Shown piece after piece: positions 10,244 to 20,944 of a stretch of DNA of 64,000 bases. This DNA is from an uncultured Actinomycetes bacterium (GTDB lineage: Bacteria > Actinomycetota > Thermoleophilia > RBG-16-64-13): NCBI GenBank assembly GCA_963706025.1, contig CAVPLM010000005.1, positions 736,001-800,000 on the forward strand. The letters are read 5' to 3'. The notes beneath the pieces are model-generated. The model was not told the origin of the DNA, made no database searches, and saw nothing but the letters and a program-made list of their open reading frames with translations. Position 1 is the first letter of the stretch. Every line of letters starts with the position of its first letter. Made by a program: the position numbers and the translations under genes.

Positions 10244-11061
10244 AGAGCGCCCTGAGTCCGAAGCTGCAAAGCCTGACCGGCAGGCCGTTCCCCGAAGGAC
10301 AGCCGCCGGCCGTGGAGGCCGAAGACCTCCATTTCGCCTATCCAGACGGCACTGAGGTCTTGCGGGGGGTGGGATTCACCATCCGGCAGGGCGAGTCGGT
10401 GGCCATCATCGGCCCCAACGGGGCGGGCAAGACCACTCTCCTCCTCCACCTGAACGGTATCCTCCGCGGCACGGGAAGCCTCCGCATATTCGGCCTAGCC
10501 GTCGAGGACAAGAACCTGCGCGAGATACGCCGCAAGGTAGGCGTAGTCTTCCAGGATCCTGAGGACCAGCTGTTCCTCACCAGCGTGGCCCAGGATGTGG
10601 CGTTCGGACCGGCCAACATGGGCCTAGAGAAAGACGAGATCGCCCTCCGGGTCAAAGAGGCGCTCGCTGCGGTGGGCATGCAGGGGTATGCAGACCGTCC
10701 CGCCCACCATCTTTCGTTCGGCCAGAAGAAGCGTGTCGCCACCGCGACCGTCCTGGCCATGCGTCCGGAGATCCTTGTGCTGGACGAACCTTCGTCCAAC
10801 CTGGACCCCAAGTCCCGGCGTCAGCTCATTCGCATCCTGCAAGACCTGCCGGTCACCAAGATCATAGTCACCCACGACCTTCCGGTGGCCTACGAGCTGT
10901 GCGACCGGGCGCTGATCTTGGCGGAGGGGCGGATCATGGCCGATGGACCCACAGAAGACATACTGCTCGACAAGGCCCTCCTCGCGGCTCACGATCTGGA
11001 GCTGCCCTACGGTTTCGTCCCACCCCGGTTGTCAGCTCATGGGCTCCGTGGGCGGCTGTAG
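10240..11061 (+). CDS. cbiO: Ni/Co ECF transporter ATPase (CbiO/NikO)
   Basis: GPNGAGKTT, VFQDPEDQLF, LSFGQKKR, LDEP. Confidence 0.92.
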   Translation: MKSALSPKLQSLTGRPFPEGQPPAVEAEDLHFAYPDGTEVLRGVGFTIRQGESVAIIGPNGAGKTTLLLHLNGILRGTGSLRIFGLAVEDKNLREIRRKVGVVFQDPEDQLFLTSVAQDVAFGPANMGLEKDEIALRVKEALAAVGMQGYADRPAHHLSFGQKKRVATATVLAMRPEILVLDEPSSNLDPKSRRQLIRILQDLPVTKIIVTHDLPVAYELCDRALILAEGRIMADGPTEDILLDKALLAAHDLELPYGFVPPRLSAHGLRGRL

Positions 11062-11235
11062 GGGCATGACCAACCAGAGGATGATGTAGAGAAGGATCCC
11101 CACCCCAACCAGCAGGGTCAGGGCTATCCAGATGACCCGCACCAGGGTGGGGTCGACGTTGAAATACTCCGCCAGGCCTCCACAGACCCCGCCGAGTATC
11201 TTCTCGGTCCGGGACCGCTGCAAACGCTTCTCCAT
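11032..11235 (-). CDS. PspC-domain protein
   Basis: RLQRSRTEKILGGVCGGLAEYFNVDPTLVR...LYIILWLVMP. Confidence 0.92.
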   Translation of the reverse strand: MEKRLQRSRTEKILGGVCGGLAEYFNVDPTLVRVIWIALTLLVGVGILLYIILWLVMPLQPPTEPMS

Positions 11236-11284
11236 GTGAGTCTCCTTTTCTAGCCCGTCCCACGCGCCTCCGCGTGCAGAACGG

Positions 11285-11488
11285 TCAGCGGTCGCCGCGG
11301 TCGGCGATCTGTTCGCGATACAGGTCGGTGTTGTACATCACGCATTCACTGTTCACGCAGTACCACACCCGGTAGGTGCTGCACTCGCCCGTCGAGCGAC
11401 TGACGCCTGTGCCGGTGCGCTCCGCTTCCTCGACCCGATCGGCGAGGGGCTTGCTGCAATTGATGCAGGTCTTGACCTCGTCTACCAC
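11285..11488 (-). CDS. Small Cys-rich, Zn-ribbon-like hypothetical protein (67 aa)
   Basis: AAGGGGAG RBS, GTG start; CINC...WYCVNSEC; fills the gap in a co-directional cluster. Confidence 0.65.
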   Translation of the reverse strand: MVDEVKTCINCSKPLADRVEEAERTGTGVSRSTGECSTYRVWYCVNSECVMYNTDLYREQIADRGDR

Positions 11489-11514
11489 CTGACTCCCCTT
11501 CCCAGATAGCGTGT

Positions 11515-12114
11515 TTACCCTGTGCGCGTGCCCCGTGGCCGCCCCAACCGGCGACCGATGTCCTCGGCTACCGCTCGAGCCTCGGGGTGTTCCAGTATCT
11601 CGCCCTTGGCGTCCACGCCCGGGCACAGCAGATCGCCCGCCGGTGACACCTCCAGCATATGCCAGAAGGTGCGCATCACCAGGCGGCATCCGTCGAAGAC
11701 GTAGTCGAACGAAGTGCCGGAGCAACTCAGGAACGCCCCCAATCTCTCCGGGCGGCCCGGTTCGGTGATGGCTTGCTTCAGCACGTACTTGAGCGCCCAG
11801 AAAGGCTGGCAGCGGTCGATCACCATCTTGGGGACCGCCGGAATGCCCATGGAGTACACCGGGGCGGCCAGTACGATCGAATCGGCGTTCCGCAGTTGCG
11901 GATAGAGCAGATGCATGTCGTCCTTCTGTATGCATACGCCATCGCGCGAGCAGGCGTCGCAGGCCCGGCAGCCGTGAAGATCGAGGTCGCAGAGCCGGAA
12001 CTTGACCACTTCGGCGCCCTCGTCCGCGGCTGCGGCCAGGCACCAGTCGAGAAGGGTCTCAGTGTTCCCGTCACGACGGGCGCTACCCGCCAGACCGAGC
12101 ACGGTCATGGTCAC
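11515..12114 (-). CDS. Iron-sulfur flavoprotein / NADPH-dependent FMN reductase family
   Basis: GSARRDGNT, CRACDAC...CIQKDDM, AAPVY, KMVIDR. Confidence 0.9.
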   Translation of the reverse strand: MTMTVLGLAGSARRDGNTETLLDWCLAAAADEGAEVVKFRLCDLDLHGCRACDACSRDGVCIQKDDMHLLYPQLRNADSIVLAAPVYSMGIPAVPKMVIDRCQPFWALKYVLKQAITEPGRPERLGAFLSCSGTSFDYVFDGCRLVMRTFWHMLEVSPAGDLLCPGVDAKGEILEHPEARAVAEDIGRRLGRPRGTRTG

Positions 12115-12119
12115 CTACT

Positions 12120-13328
12120 CTACTCCCCCGCCGTCTTGACTTTGCGGGCCACCTGCCGGCCCAATTCCACGCATGCTGCCAGCTCGTCCTCGCTGGGCCT
12201 GTACTTGACCTCGATCGGCTCCACCATGTCGAGGCCCATGGCCCTGAGTTCCGCATCGATCTGCTTCACGGCCCCTCCGGCCCACCCACAGGAGCCGTAG
12301 GCTCCGGAGATGCGCTTGCGCGGCCGAAGACCCCGGATGTAGGTGAGGAACTCCCCTACTGTCGGGAACATGTTGTTGTTGAGGGTAGGCGACCCCACCA
12401 GGAAAGCGCGGGACTCGAGGACCATCCGCGCCACCTCCGACCGGGGGTTGCTGCTGAGCCTCGCGACCACGCAGTCCACGCCCTCTTGAGCGACGCCGTC
12501 CGCGATGGCCATGGTCATCTGCTCGGTGGAGTGCCACATGGTGTCGTAGATCAGCGACACCCGCTCCGGCGCCTGGAAGTCGCTCCACCCCGCATAGGCC
12601 TCCACAATGCGAGCCACGTCCTCGGGCCGGCGCCATATGACCCCGTGGCTGGGGCCGATCGCCTCGATCTCCAGACCCAGCTCGCCGATCTTGGCCAGCA
12701 TCTTCTGGATCTGAGTGCCGAATGGCATGAGGATGTTGGCGTAGTACTTACTGGCCTCTTCCATGACCACGCTCAAGTCGACTTCGTCGGCGAAGCGCTT
12801 GGAGGTGGCCAAGTGCTGACCGAAGGCATCGTTCGGCAGAAGGGTCTTGGCCTGCTTCACGTAGGTGAACATGCTGTCCGGCCAGTGCAGCATGGGCGCC
12901 TCGATGAACTGCAGAGTATTGCGACCGAGGGAGACCTCGTCTCCGGTGCCGACCACCTGGATATTCCAACCATCCACGGTCGCGCCCCCGTAGTAGACGG
13001 CAAGCACGTCCTTGGCCCTTTTCGAACAGAAGATCCGCTCGGGGCTCAGCTGCTCCACCAGCCAGGGGATGGCCCCGGAGTGATCGGGCTCCACGTGGTT
13101 GATGATCAGGTAGTCGACTGGGCGGAGGCCGCAGCAGCCGCGCACGCGAGCCAGCACCTCCGGGCCGAAGCCCTCCCGGCATCCGTCGACCAGAGCCACC
13201 TTCTCGTCCAGGATCAGATACGCGTTATAGGTGGTCCCCCGGGGGGTCTCGTAGCCGTGGAAATCACGGACGTTCCAGTCGATGGCACCCGTCCACCATA
13301 TGTCGTCCTTCAGCAGATACCGCTCCAT
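12120..13328 (-). CDS. fprA: Flavodiiron protein (O2/NO reductase)
   Basis: GTTYNAYLI, NHVEPDHSG, LHWPDSM, DAFGQH; flavodoxin part YDTMWHST, GSPTLNN, GWAGGA. Confidence 0.95.
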   Translation of the reverse strand: MERYLLKDDIWWTGAIDWNVRDFHGYETPRGTTYNAYLILDEKVALVDGCREGFGPEVLARVRGCCGLRPVDYLIINHVEPDHSGAIPWLVEQLSPERIFCSKRAKDVLAVYYGGATVDGWNIQVVGTGDEVSLGRNTLQFIEAPMLHWPDSMFTYVKQAKTLLPNDAFGQHLATSKRFADEVDLSVVMEEASKYYANILMPFGTQIQKMLAKIGELGLEIEAIGPSHGVIWRRPEDVARIVEAYAGWSDFQAPERVSLIYDTMWHSTEQMTMAIADGVAQEGVDCVVARLSSNPRSEVARMVLESRAFLVGSPTLNNNMFPTVGEFLTYIRGLRPRKRISGAYGSCGWAGGAVKQIDAELRAMGLDMVEPIEVKYRPSEDELAACVELGRQVARKVKTAGE

Positions 13329-13336
13329 TCACGCTC

Positions 13337-13549
13337 CTACTCGGTCACGCCTTCGTCGCAATAGTAGCCTTTGGTCAGCCCATACTCGGGCCAGAGCGGA
13401 CAGTCGCCGCACGCGCAGCCCCGCCGGCGCACAGATCCGAGGCTCTTGCCCCTGGCGCAGTAGAAGTCCAGGTCGTCCTGGGGTTTTGAAGGGCACTCCC
13501 CGCAGATGCATTTCGCCATGTTCTCTTCTGTGTCCGGCACCTTGCCCAC
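13337..13549 (-). CDS. DUF2769-like Cys-rich small protein
   Basis: GAGGAGG RBS; CICGECPS...FYCARGKS...GCACGDCP...YYC. Confidence 0.8.
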   Translation of the reverse strand: MGKVPDTEENMAKCICGECPSKPQDDLDFYCARGKSLGSVRRRGCACGDCPLWPEYGLTKGYYCDEGVTE

Positions 13550-13587
13550 TATCGCCTCCTCTTCTCGAAGCCGCGGTCTAGTCTGGC

Positions 13588-13613
13588 CTGCCCGCTACGG
13601 CTCTTTCGTAAAC
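13588..13613 (-). promoter_or_regulatory. Putative SigB/SigF-type promoter
   Basis: Minus strand GTTT-N16-GGGCAG upstream of DUF2769-fprA. Confidence 0.45.
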
Positions 13614-13664
13614 CTTCCTGCACGTTTCGACCGGCGCCTTCGGCCGGCCGCAAACCTGGGACAT

Positions 13665-14651
13665 TCAAACTCGAAGTCGCCTGCCCAGGACAAGCTGGGC
13701 TCCGGTCGTCTCCAGGTCCAGGACCTCGATCTCGACAAAACCGGCCGCCGTAAGCCAATCACGGTACTGTTCCTCAGTCCAGACCCCACCCTCCTCGGTC
13801 GCCTGAAGCATGTTCACCGCGAACCGGGCCGCCCGAGGGCTCCGTCCCCACACGTGATCCTGGATGGCGATCGTCCCCCCAGGGAGAAGGATCGAAAAGA
13901 CCTCCTGGGTCACGCGCCCGTTCGTCACCGGGCCGTAGATGTGTAGGACGTTGCCCAGATACACCAGGTCGAACGGGCCGACGGGAAGGGATTGCGTGAA
14001 GTCCCCCCCCACCAGGGCGATATCACTCCCCTCGTCGCCCAGGAACTCGCGGGCAAGGGGGAGCACGTTCTCCCGGTCGAACAACGTGGCCCGCACCCCA
14101 CATCGGGAGAAGTGCCGGGCCACGTGGCCAACGGCGCCCCCCACATCCAGCATGGTGCGGGCCGGACCAGAGTAGGCCAGACACCTCTCGACTATCTCGT
14201 CGAGCACGGCCGGGTCGCGCTCCCCCATCGCCCCCACCAGGGTGCGGACGTCGCGTTGGGCAGGATCGCGAGGAAGAGGCCGCCCCGTGCGGATGACCTC
14301 GGGCAGCTCGAGCCAGCCCCGCAGCTTGTTCACCTGGTGCATCAGGCCGAACCGCTCCGATTCCGGACCCTCGTCCACAAGATGCGCTCTCCCCAGCGCC
14401 GATAACCGATAGAGGGCGCCCCCGTCGCCAGGGTCCTCCGGAGCGCCTCCGAGCCGCTCGACGACGCCCTCCCCCGCCAGAGCCTCGAGCACGATTCGAG
14501 TCGCCCGAGGATGTGCTTCCGCTCTCTGGGCCGCGGCCTCGGCCGTCAAAGCTTCGCCCGTCGCCAAGGCGTCGATCAGACCGGAGCGCAGGGCCCCAGC
14601 GAGCAACAGCAGCCGCTCCACCGCTGCTCCATCTACCAGCGAGTTCTTCAT
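13665..14651 (-). CDS. SAM-dependent methyltransferase (O-MT family 2, N-terminal dimerisation domain)
   Basis: MLDVGGAVG, LFDR, VGGDF, DLVYLGNVLHIYG, LLPGG. ATG at 14651 overlaps the upstream stop (ATGA). Confidence 0.88.
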   Translation of the reverse strand: MKNSLVDGAAVERLLLLAGALRSGLIDALATGEALTAEAAAQRAEAHPRATRIVLEALAGEGVVERLGGAPEDPGDGGALYRLSALGRAHLVDEGPESERFGLMHQVNKLRGWLELPEVIRTGRPLPRDPAQRDVRTLVGAMGERDPAVLDEIVERCLAYSGPARTMLDVGGAVGHVARHFSRCGVRATLFDRENVLPLAREFLGDEGSDIALVGGDFTQSLPVGPFDLVYLGNVLHIYGPVTNGRVTQEVFSILLPGGTIAIQDHVWGRSPRAARFAVNMLQATEEGGVWTEEQYRDWLTAAGFVEIEVLDLETTGAQLVLGRRLRV

Positions 14652-15868
14652 GACTTCTCCAAGGGGAAGCCGGCCGCCTTCCATTCGCCCACACCACCGG
14701 CAAAATCCCGCACGTTCGTGAAACCCAACTGTCGCAGCTTATCAGCTGCGATAGCGCTGGCTTCTCAGGTGAAGGCGTCGCAGTAGAGGACGATGGGCTC
14801 GTCCACCTTGAACCGCTGCCGGGCCTCGCGGGCCAGACCCCTGAAGTCCATCCACTCGGACCCGGGTAGATGCCCTGCCCGCCAGTGCTTCTCACCCAGC
14901 ACGTCGACAAGGCGGAAATGCTCCTGTCCATCCATCAATCCCCGAAGATCCTGGACCGTGATCGTACCGACGCTCGGTCGGCCGGCCTCGGGATCGTAGA
15001 AGACCATGTAGGCGGCGGCGCTGTAGTATCCGGCCTTTCGGAAGATGCGCCGCCGGCCGGGCTCAGCCGCATCGATAACCGCGGCCGGCCGGCTACCTTC
15101 TCTCCAAACAGCTTCGGTGCACCGGCCAAGCGCCCAGGCCAGGTCGTCCTCGCCTGTGTGCGCGACGGCCAGATCGAGTAGCTCGTGCGTCCCGTCTCCT
15201 CCGTCAAGCCGAGCGATCACGGCAACAGGATGCCCGTCCTGCAGCAGCGCCCAGCTGCGCCCCTGGCGGGCCAAGGTATCGAGTTCGGCGACGATCGAGG
15301 CCTGGTCGGCCTTCGAGTGGCTATGCGATCCGGGCTCGTGCTCGTGCTCACCGCCGGCACGTTCCAGCAACTCCCTAAGACCAGGCAGGTGCTCGGGGCC
15401 AAGCTCGACGACCACAACCCCCGCGGGAGCCTGTGCCGCGGCTTCGCCCGCGATCTCACCCGGCTCCTCGGGTAGCATGACCAAAGCAGCCGCCTCCACC
15501 TCGTTTCCCCTAGCCAGCAACGTGGCGTTTAGCCGGCAGTCGTCGGTGCGGACCAGGTAGGCGGTGGGACGCAGGCGCTCCCTGACCAGATCGAGCACGT
15601 CCTCGTAGCGGGTTTGGTGAGCGGCCGTCAGGTACAACTCGACCACAGTAATGTGCGTGTGCCCGCTATGCGGCCTCTCGACGGCCAAGACGTAGCCCAA
15701 GTCCTGCTGTGGCCCTTCGGCTCCGCCGGCCTCTTGGACCAAGTGAGCCGCCGCCTCCCGGCTCAAGCGAGAGTAGAACTCGGGTACGACCGCCAACGAA
15801 GATCCGCGCTGTCTCTCTTCGCGCAGGCTCGCGATCCGTTCTGGATCGACCTGAGTCAGCTCCATCAT
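14648..15868 (-). CDS. Tandem GNAT-like + rhodanese fusion; predicted selenoprotein (C-x4-U)
   Basis: The ORF track stops at TGA 14767-14765 after VLYCDAFT. Read-through gives U-EASAIAADKLRQLGFTNVRDFAGGVGEWKAAGFPLEKS*, which completes the rhodanese fold. A SECIS-like hairpin follows the UGA. Confidence 0.88.
14732..14751 (-). promoter_or_regulatory. SECIS-like hairpin of the rhodanese selenoprotein
   Basis: mRNA UCGCAGCU-GAUA-AGCUGCGA: a perfect 8-bp stem starting 14 nt after the UGA, with a G-starting loop. Confidence 0.8.
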
Positions 15869-16007
15869 CTACTTCCCTGGCGGACGACGAACGAGAGCAT
15901 GGCCATCTCCTCGTTACCGATCGCCGCGGCGATCGGCGGGTGTTGCTGGACCACCCCGTGGACGAACGCGCTGGTCTTCCCTTTCCCGTAGCACTAGAAT
16001 CCCACGC

Positions 16008-16436
16008 ATGTGGGTGAGTGTACACGCCTTGTCCGGTCTGACGCTGGGGGCCTTGGCGCCGCTGGGAATGGTCCTGACGGTCGTTTGCGCTCTCGTGCTG
16101 CACCTGCTCCTGGACCTGGTGCCGCACTGGGACTATACGGGACACCGCCTCCGCACCTTGTGGGCGTTTCTGGATGTAGCCGTTTCGATCGCCGCGGTCG
16201 TGACGCTCGCCCTCGTTCTGGATCTGCCCGGCCGGGCCGTCGTGGCCGCTATCGTCTCCGCTCTCCCCGACCTCGACGTGTTCGATGCGGTCCTACCCGG
16301 TTCGAAGCATCGGCGTTGGTTTCCCAGTCACTGGCGAGGATTTCCTCATGGCAGGGCAAGTCCCCTGGTAGGCATCCTCCTGCAGGCGGTCGTCGCCCTG
16401 GGTGCTATCGTCATATTGGTCGTGTCGGCCGAGTGA
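16008..16436 (+). CDS. Hypothetical membrane protein, possibly metal-binding hydrolase-like
   Basis: Hydrophobic helices with His/Asp motifs (VHALSG, LHLLLDLVPHWD, LPDLD, FPH). TAGAAT -10 lies just upstream, suggesting a leaderless mRNA. Confidence 0.7.
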   Translation: MWVSVHALSGLTLGALAPLGMVLTVVCALVLHLLLDLVPHWDYTGHRLRTLWAFLDVAVSIAAVVTLALVLDLPGRAVVAAIVSALPDLDVFDAVLPGSKHRRWFPSHWRGFPHGRASPLVGILLQAVVALGAIVILVVSAE

Positions 16437-17903
<1,467 letters not shown>

Positions 17904-17968
17904 CCACCGAGTCCGAGGTGCCTTGGGAGGAGGTCGCCGGCCGGCCGTCGCGGCCGGCTGGGAGGAAC

Positions 17969-20944
17969 ATGTCCGAAGTGCCACAACCTATGAAACTCGA
18001 TTGGAGTCACGCCTACGACTTCCAGCACTTGATGGCCCGCCGGGTGGAGAACATCATCCTGGCGTCGAGCACGTACGACACTTTCATCCTCCAGGAAGAC
18101 GGGCAACTGGGTGAATTGATACTGGGCGAGTTCCTGGACCTGAATCTGCACCACACCACAGGGCTCACGCATGTGTCCAGCGGCACCGAGGCCATCGCCC
18201 TGGCCAAGGCGGAGACCCGGTTCAATCTGATCGTCAGCGCAGTGAACCTCGGCGACATGAACGCCGCCCAGTTGGCTCACGAGGCGCGGGAGGCAGGCCT
18301 CGATATCCCTGTGGTCATCCTGGCCTACGACGGCGGTGAGTTGGCGGAGTTCATGTCTCGATACGACACCTCGGAGATCGAGCGCATCTTCCTGTGGGAG
18401 GGCGACTCCCGCATCCTCCTCGCCATCACCAAGTACATCGAAGACAAGCTCAACGTGGCCTACGACACGGGAGTAGCCGGCGTCCAGGTCATCCTCCTCA
18501 TCGAGGACAACATCCGCTACTACTCCGCCTTCCTGCCCATGATCTACACAGAGATCATCCACCACTCGCAGAGCGTTATCGCCGAAGGTGTCAACACGGC
18601 CCACAAGATCCTGCGCATGCGGGCACGCTCCAAGATCCTCCTGTGTTCTACCTTCGAGGAGGCTTGGGAGCACTTCTCCGCCTATCAGGAGGACGTGCTG
18701 GGGGTGATATCGGACATCGAATTCCCCCAGGAAGGCAGGCTGAACCCCGAAGCAGGTATGGAGTTCGCCCGCCGTGTGAAGGGTGCCTGGAAGGACATCC
18801 CCGTCCTCCTCCAATCGAGCCGTCCCGAGAGCGAGACCCTGGCCCGAGAAGTGGGAGCCGATTTCCTACTCAAGGGCTCACCCACGCTTCTGGACGACCT
18901 CCGCCGGTTCATGGTCGACAACTTCTTCTTCGGTGACTTCATCTTCCAACTCCCCGACGGCACGCCGGTGGGACGGGCGAAGGACATGAAGAGCCTGCTG
19001 GAGATGCTGCGCAGCGTACCGACCGAGTCGATCACATACCATGCGGAGCGCAACGACTTCTCCCGGTGGCTGAAAGCACGCACGGAGTTCCACCTCGCGC
19101 ACCATCTCCGCCCACGCACCGCCGCCGACTACGACACGCTGGAGGGCCGCCGCCGCTATCTCATCGAGGAGATAGACGCCTACCGGCGCGAGCTCACCCG
19201 GGAATCGGTGACCGATTTCGATCCGACCACGTTCGACCCCGAGAACAGCTTCGCCCGCATCGGTGAGGGCTCCCTGGGCGGAAAGGCCCGAGCCCTAGCG
19301 TTCGTGCGCCACCTGCTACGCGATTTCGGCGTGATCGACCAGTTCCCGGGTATGCAGATCACCGTCCCCCCCTGCGTGGTGCTCGGCACGGACGTCTTCG
19401 ATCTCTTCCTCCAAGAGAACGACCTGCGCCCGTTTGCGATGGAGACCGATGACGACCTCGCGATCGAGGAGCGCTTCCTGGGGGCCTCGTTTCCCGCGGA
19501 GGTGGAGAAGAAGCTGGCAGCGTTCCTCGATCTGGTCCACTACCCTCTGGCGGTGCGCTCGTCCAGCCTGCTCGAGGACTCTCAGTATCAGCCCTTGGCC
19601 GGCGTTTACGACACGTATATGCTCCCCAATAACCACCCGCACCGCGCGGTCCGTCTCTACCAGCTGATAAGAGCGGTCAAACGCGTCTTCGCTTCGACCT
19701 TCCTCACCTACGCCAAGAACTACTTCAAGGTCACCCCGTACCGTTTGGAAGAAGAGAAGATGGCGGTGATCATCCAGAAGGTCGTGGGCGCGCACCACGG
19801 GGGCCGTTTCTACCCCTCGTTCGCCGGAGTAGCACGATCCTACAACTTCTACCCCTCCCCTCCCCTCGCGGCAGCGGACGGTGTGGTCACAATGGCACTG
19901 GGCCTCGGCCGCACCGTCGTCGACGGCGGCCGCGCCCTGTCTTTCTGCCCGAGTTACCCCCAAAACCTGATGCACTTCTCCACGGTCGAAGACATGCTTG
20001 CCAACTCACAGCGGGATTTCATCGCCCTTGAGCTTGACGGCCAAAGTGACGAGACCACGGAACGCCACCACCCTCTGGCCACCGCTGAGACCGACGGCAC
20101 CCTGGGGCCGGTGGCGTCCACCTACTCACCCGAGAACGATACCGTGTACGATGGCATCTCCCGGCCAGGCATCCGCTTGGTGAGCTTCGCCCCCATCCTC
20201 AAGCAGCGCAGCCTCCCCCTTCCCGCGGCACTCGACCGGCTGATGGAGCTGGGACGTTGGGGGATGAACACCGAAGTAGAGATGGAGTTCGCTGTAGAAC
20301 TGTCTCGATCGGCGGAAACGCCCATCGATTTCGGTTTCTTGCAGATGCGCCCCATGGCTCTATCCCGGGAGCTGGAGGAACTGGATACCGAGAACGTCGA
20401 CCCGGTTCAGGTGCTCGTACGTTCGAGTAGCGTGCTCGGCAACGGCAAGCTTACGCACGTCAGGGACTTGCTGGTGGTCGATCACGCCCGCTTCGACAGA
20501 GCCAGGAGTCTAGAGATCGCTACGGAGGTCGCCCGTTTCAACGCGGAGTTGGTCGCCGGGGGCATCCCCTACATCTTGATAGGACTGGGCCGCTGGGGAT
20601 CGGCCGATCCCTGGTTGGGCATCCCTGTTACCTGGGAGCAGATCTCCGGCGCCCGCGTGATCGTGGAATCCGGCCTGAAGGACATCAAGGTCACGCCTTC
20701 ACAGGGCAGTCACTTCTTCCAGAACCTGACTTCGTTCAGGGTCGGCTACTTCACCGTCAACCCCGAGACTGGGGAAGGATCGCTCGACTGGGACTGGCTG
20801 GAGGCCCAACCCTCCCACCAAGAGGCAGCGTTCGTGCGGCATCTCCGCTTCTCCCACCCCCTGGTGGTCAAGATCGACGGGAAGCATCAGCGCGGGGTGA
20901 TCCTGAAGCCGGGCGCCGGCCTGGGCGAGGCCGGTCAGGCCTAG
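17969..20944 (+). CDS. Receiver-like domains + PEP/pyruvate-binding (PPDK-N) protein, gdhA-associated
   Basis: ILLIEDN and VISDIEFP receiver-like motifs; [55 protein letters not shown]. Confidence 0.88.
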   Translation: MSEVPQPMKLDWSHAYDFQHLMARRVENIILASSTYDTFILQEDGQLGELILGEFLDLNLHHTTGLTHVSSGTEAIALAKAETRFNLIVSAVNLGDMNAAQLAHEAREAGLDIPVVILAYDGGELAEFMSRYDTSEIERIFLWEGDSRILLAITKYIEDKLNVAYDTGVAGVQVILLIEDNIRYYSAFLPMIYTEIIHHSQSVIAEGVNTAHKILRMRARSKILLCSTFEEAWEHFSAYQEDVLGVISDIEFPQEGRLNPEAGMEFARRVKGAWKDIPVLLQSSRPESETLAREVGADFLLKGSPTLLDDLRRFMVDNFFFGDFIFQLPDGTPVGRAKDMKSLLEMLRSVPTESITYHAERNDFSRWLKARTEFHLAHHLRPRTAADYDTLEGRRRYLIEEIDAYRRELTRESVTDFDPTTFDPENSFARIGEGSLGGKARALAFVRHLLRDFGVIDQFPGMQITVPPCVVLGTDVFDLFLQENDLRPFAMETDDDLAIEERFLGASFPAEVEKKLAAFLDLVHYPLAVRSSSLLEDSQYQPLAGVYDTYMLPNNHPHRAVRLYQLIRAVKRVFASTFLTYAKNYFKVTPYRLEEEKMAVIIQKVVGAHHGGRFYPSFAGVARSYNFYPSPPLAAADGVVTMALGLGRTVVDGGRALSFCPSYPQNLMHFSTVEDMLANSQRDFIALELDGQSDETTERHHPLATAETDGTLGPVASTYSPENDTVYDGISRPGIRLVSFAPILKQRSLPLPAALDRLMELGRWGMNTEVEMEFAVELSRSAETPIDFGFLQMRPMALSRELEELDTENVDPVQVLVRSSSVLGNGKLTHVRDLLVVDHARFDRARSLEIATEVARFNAELVAGGIPYILIGLGRWGSADPWLGIPVTWEQISGARVIVESGLKDIKVTPSQGSHFFQNLTSFRVGYFTVNPETGEGSLDWDWLEAQPSHQEAAFVRHLRFSHPLVVKIDGKHQRGVILKPGAGLGEAGQA

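Noticed and set aside
9574-11061. Apparent CbiQ-CbiO fusion
   Set aside because: A frameshift near 10200 hides the CbiQ end (…SAL-TGA), which overlaps the CbiO GTG.
15855-15930. Fluoride-riboswitch-like words (GGAGATGG...GATGATG), a short uORF and the palindrome ccgatcgccgcggcgatcgg before the rhodanese gene
   Set aside because: Pseudoknot pairing is only partial and the terminal CUAC is missing. Support is too weak.
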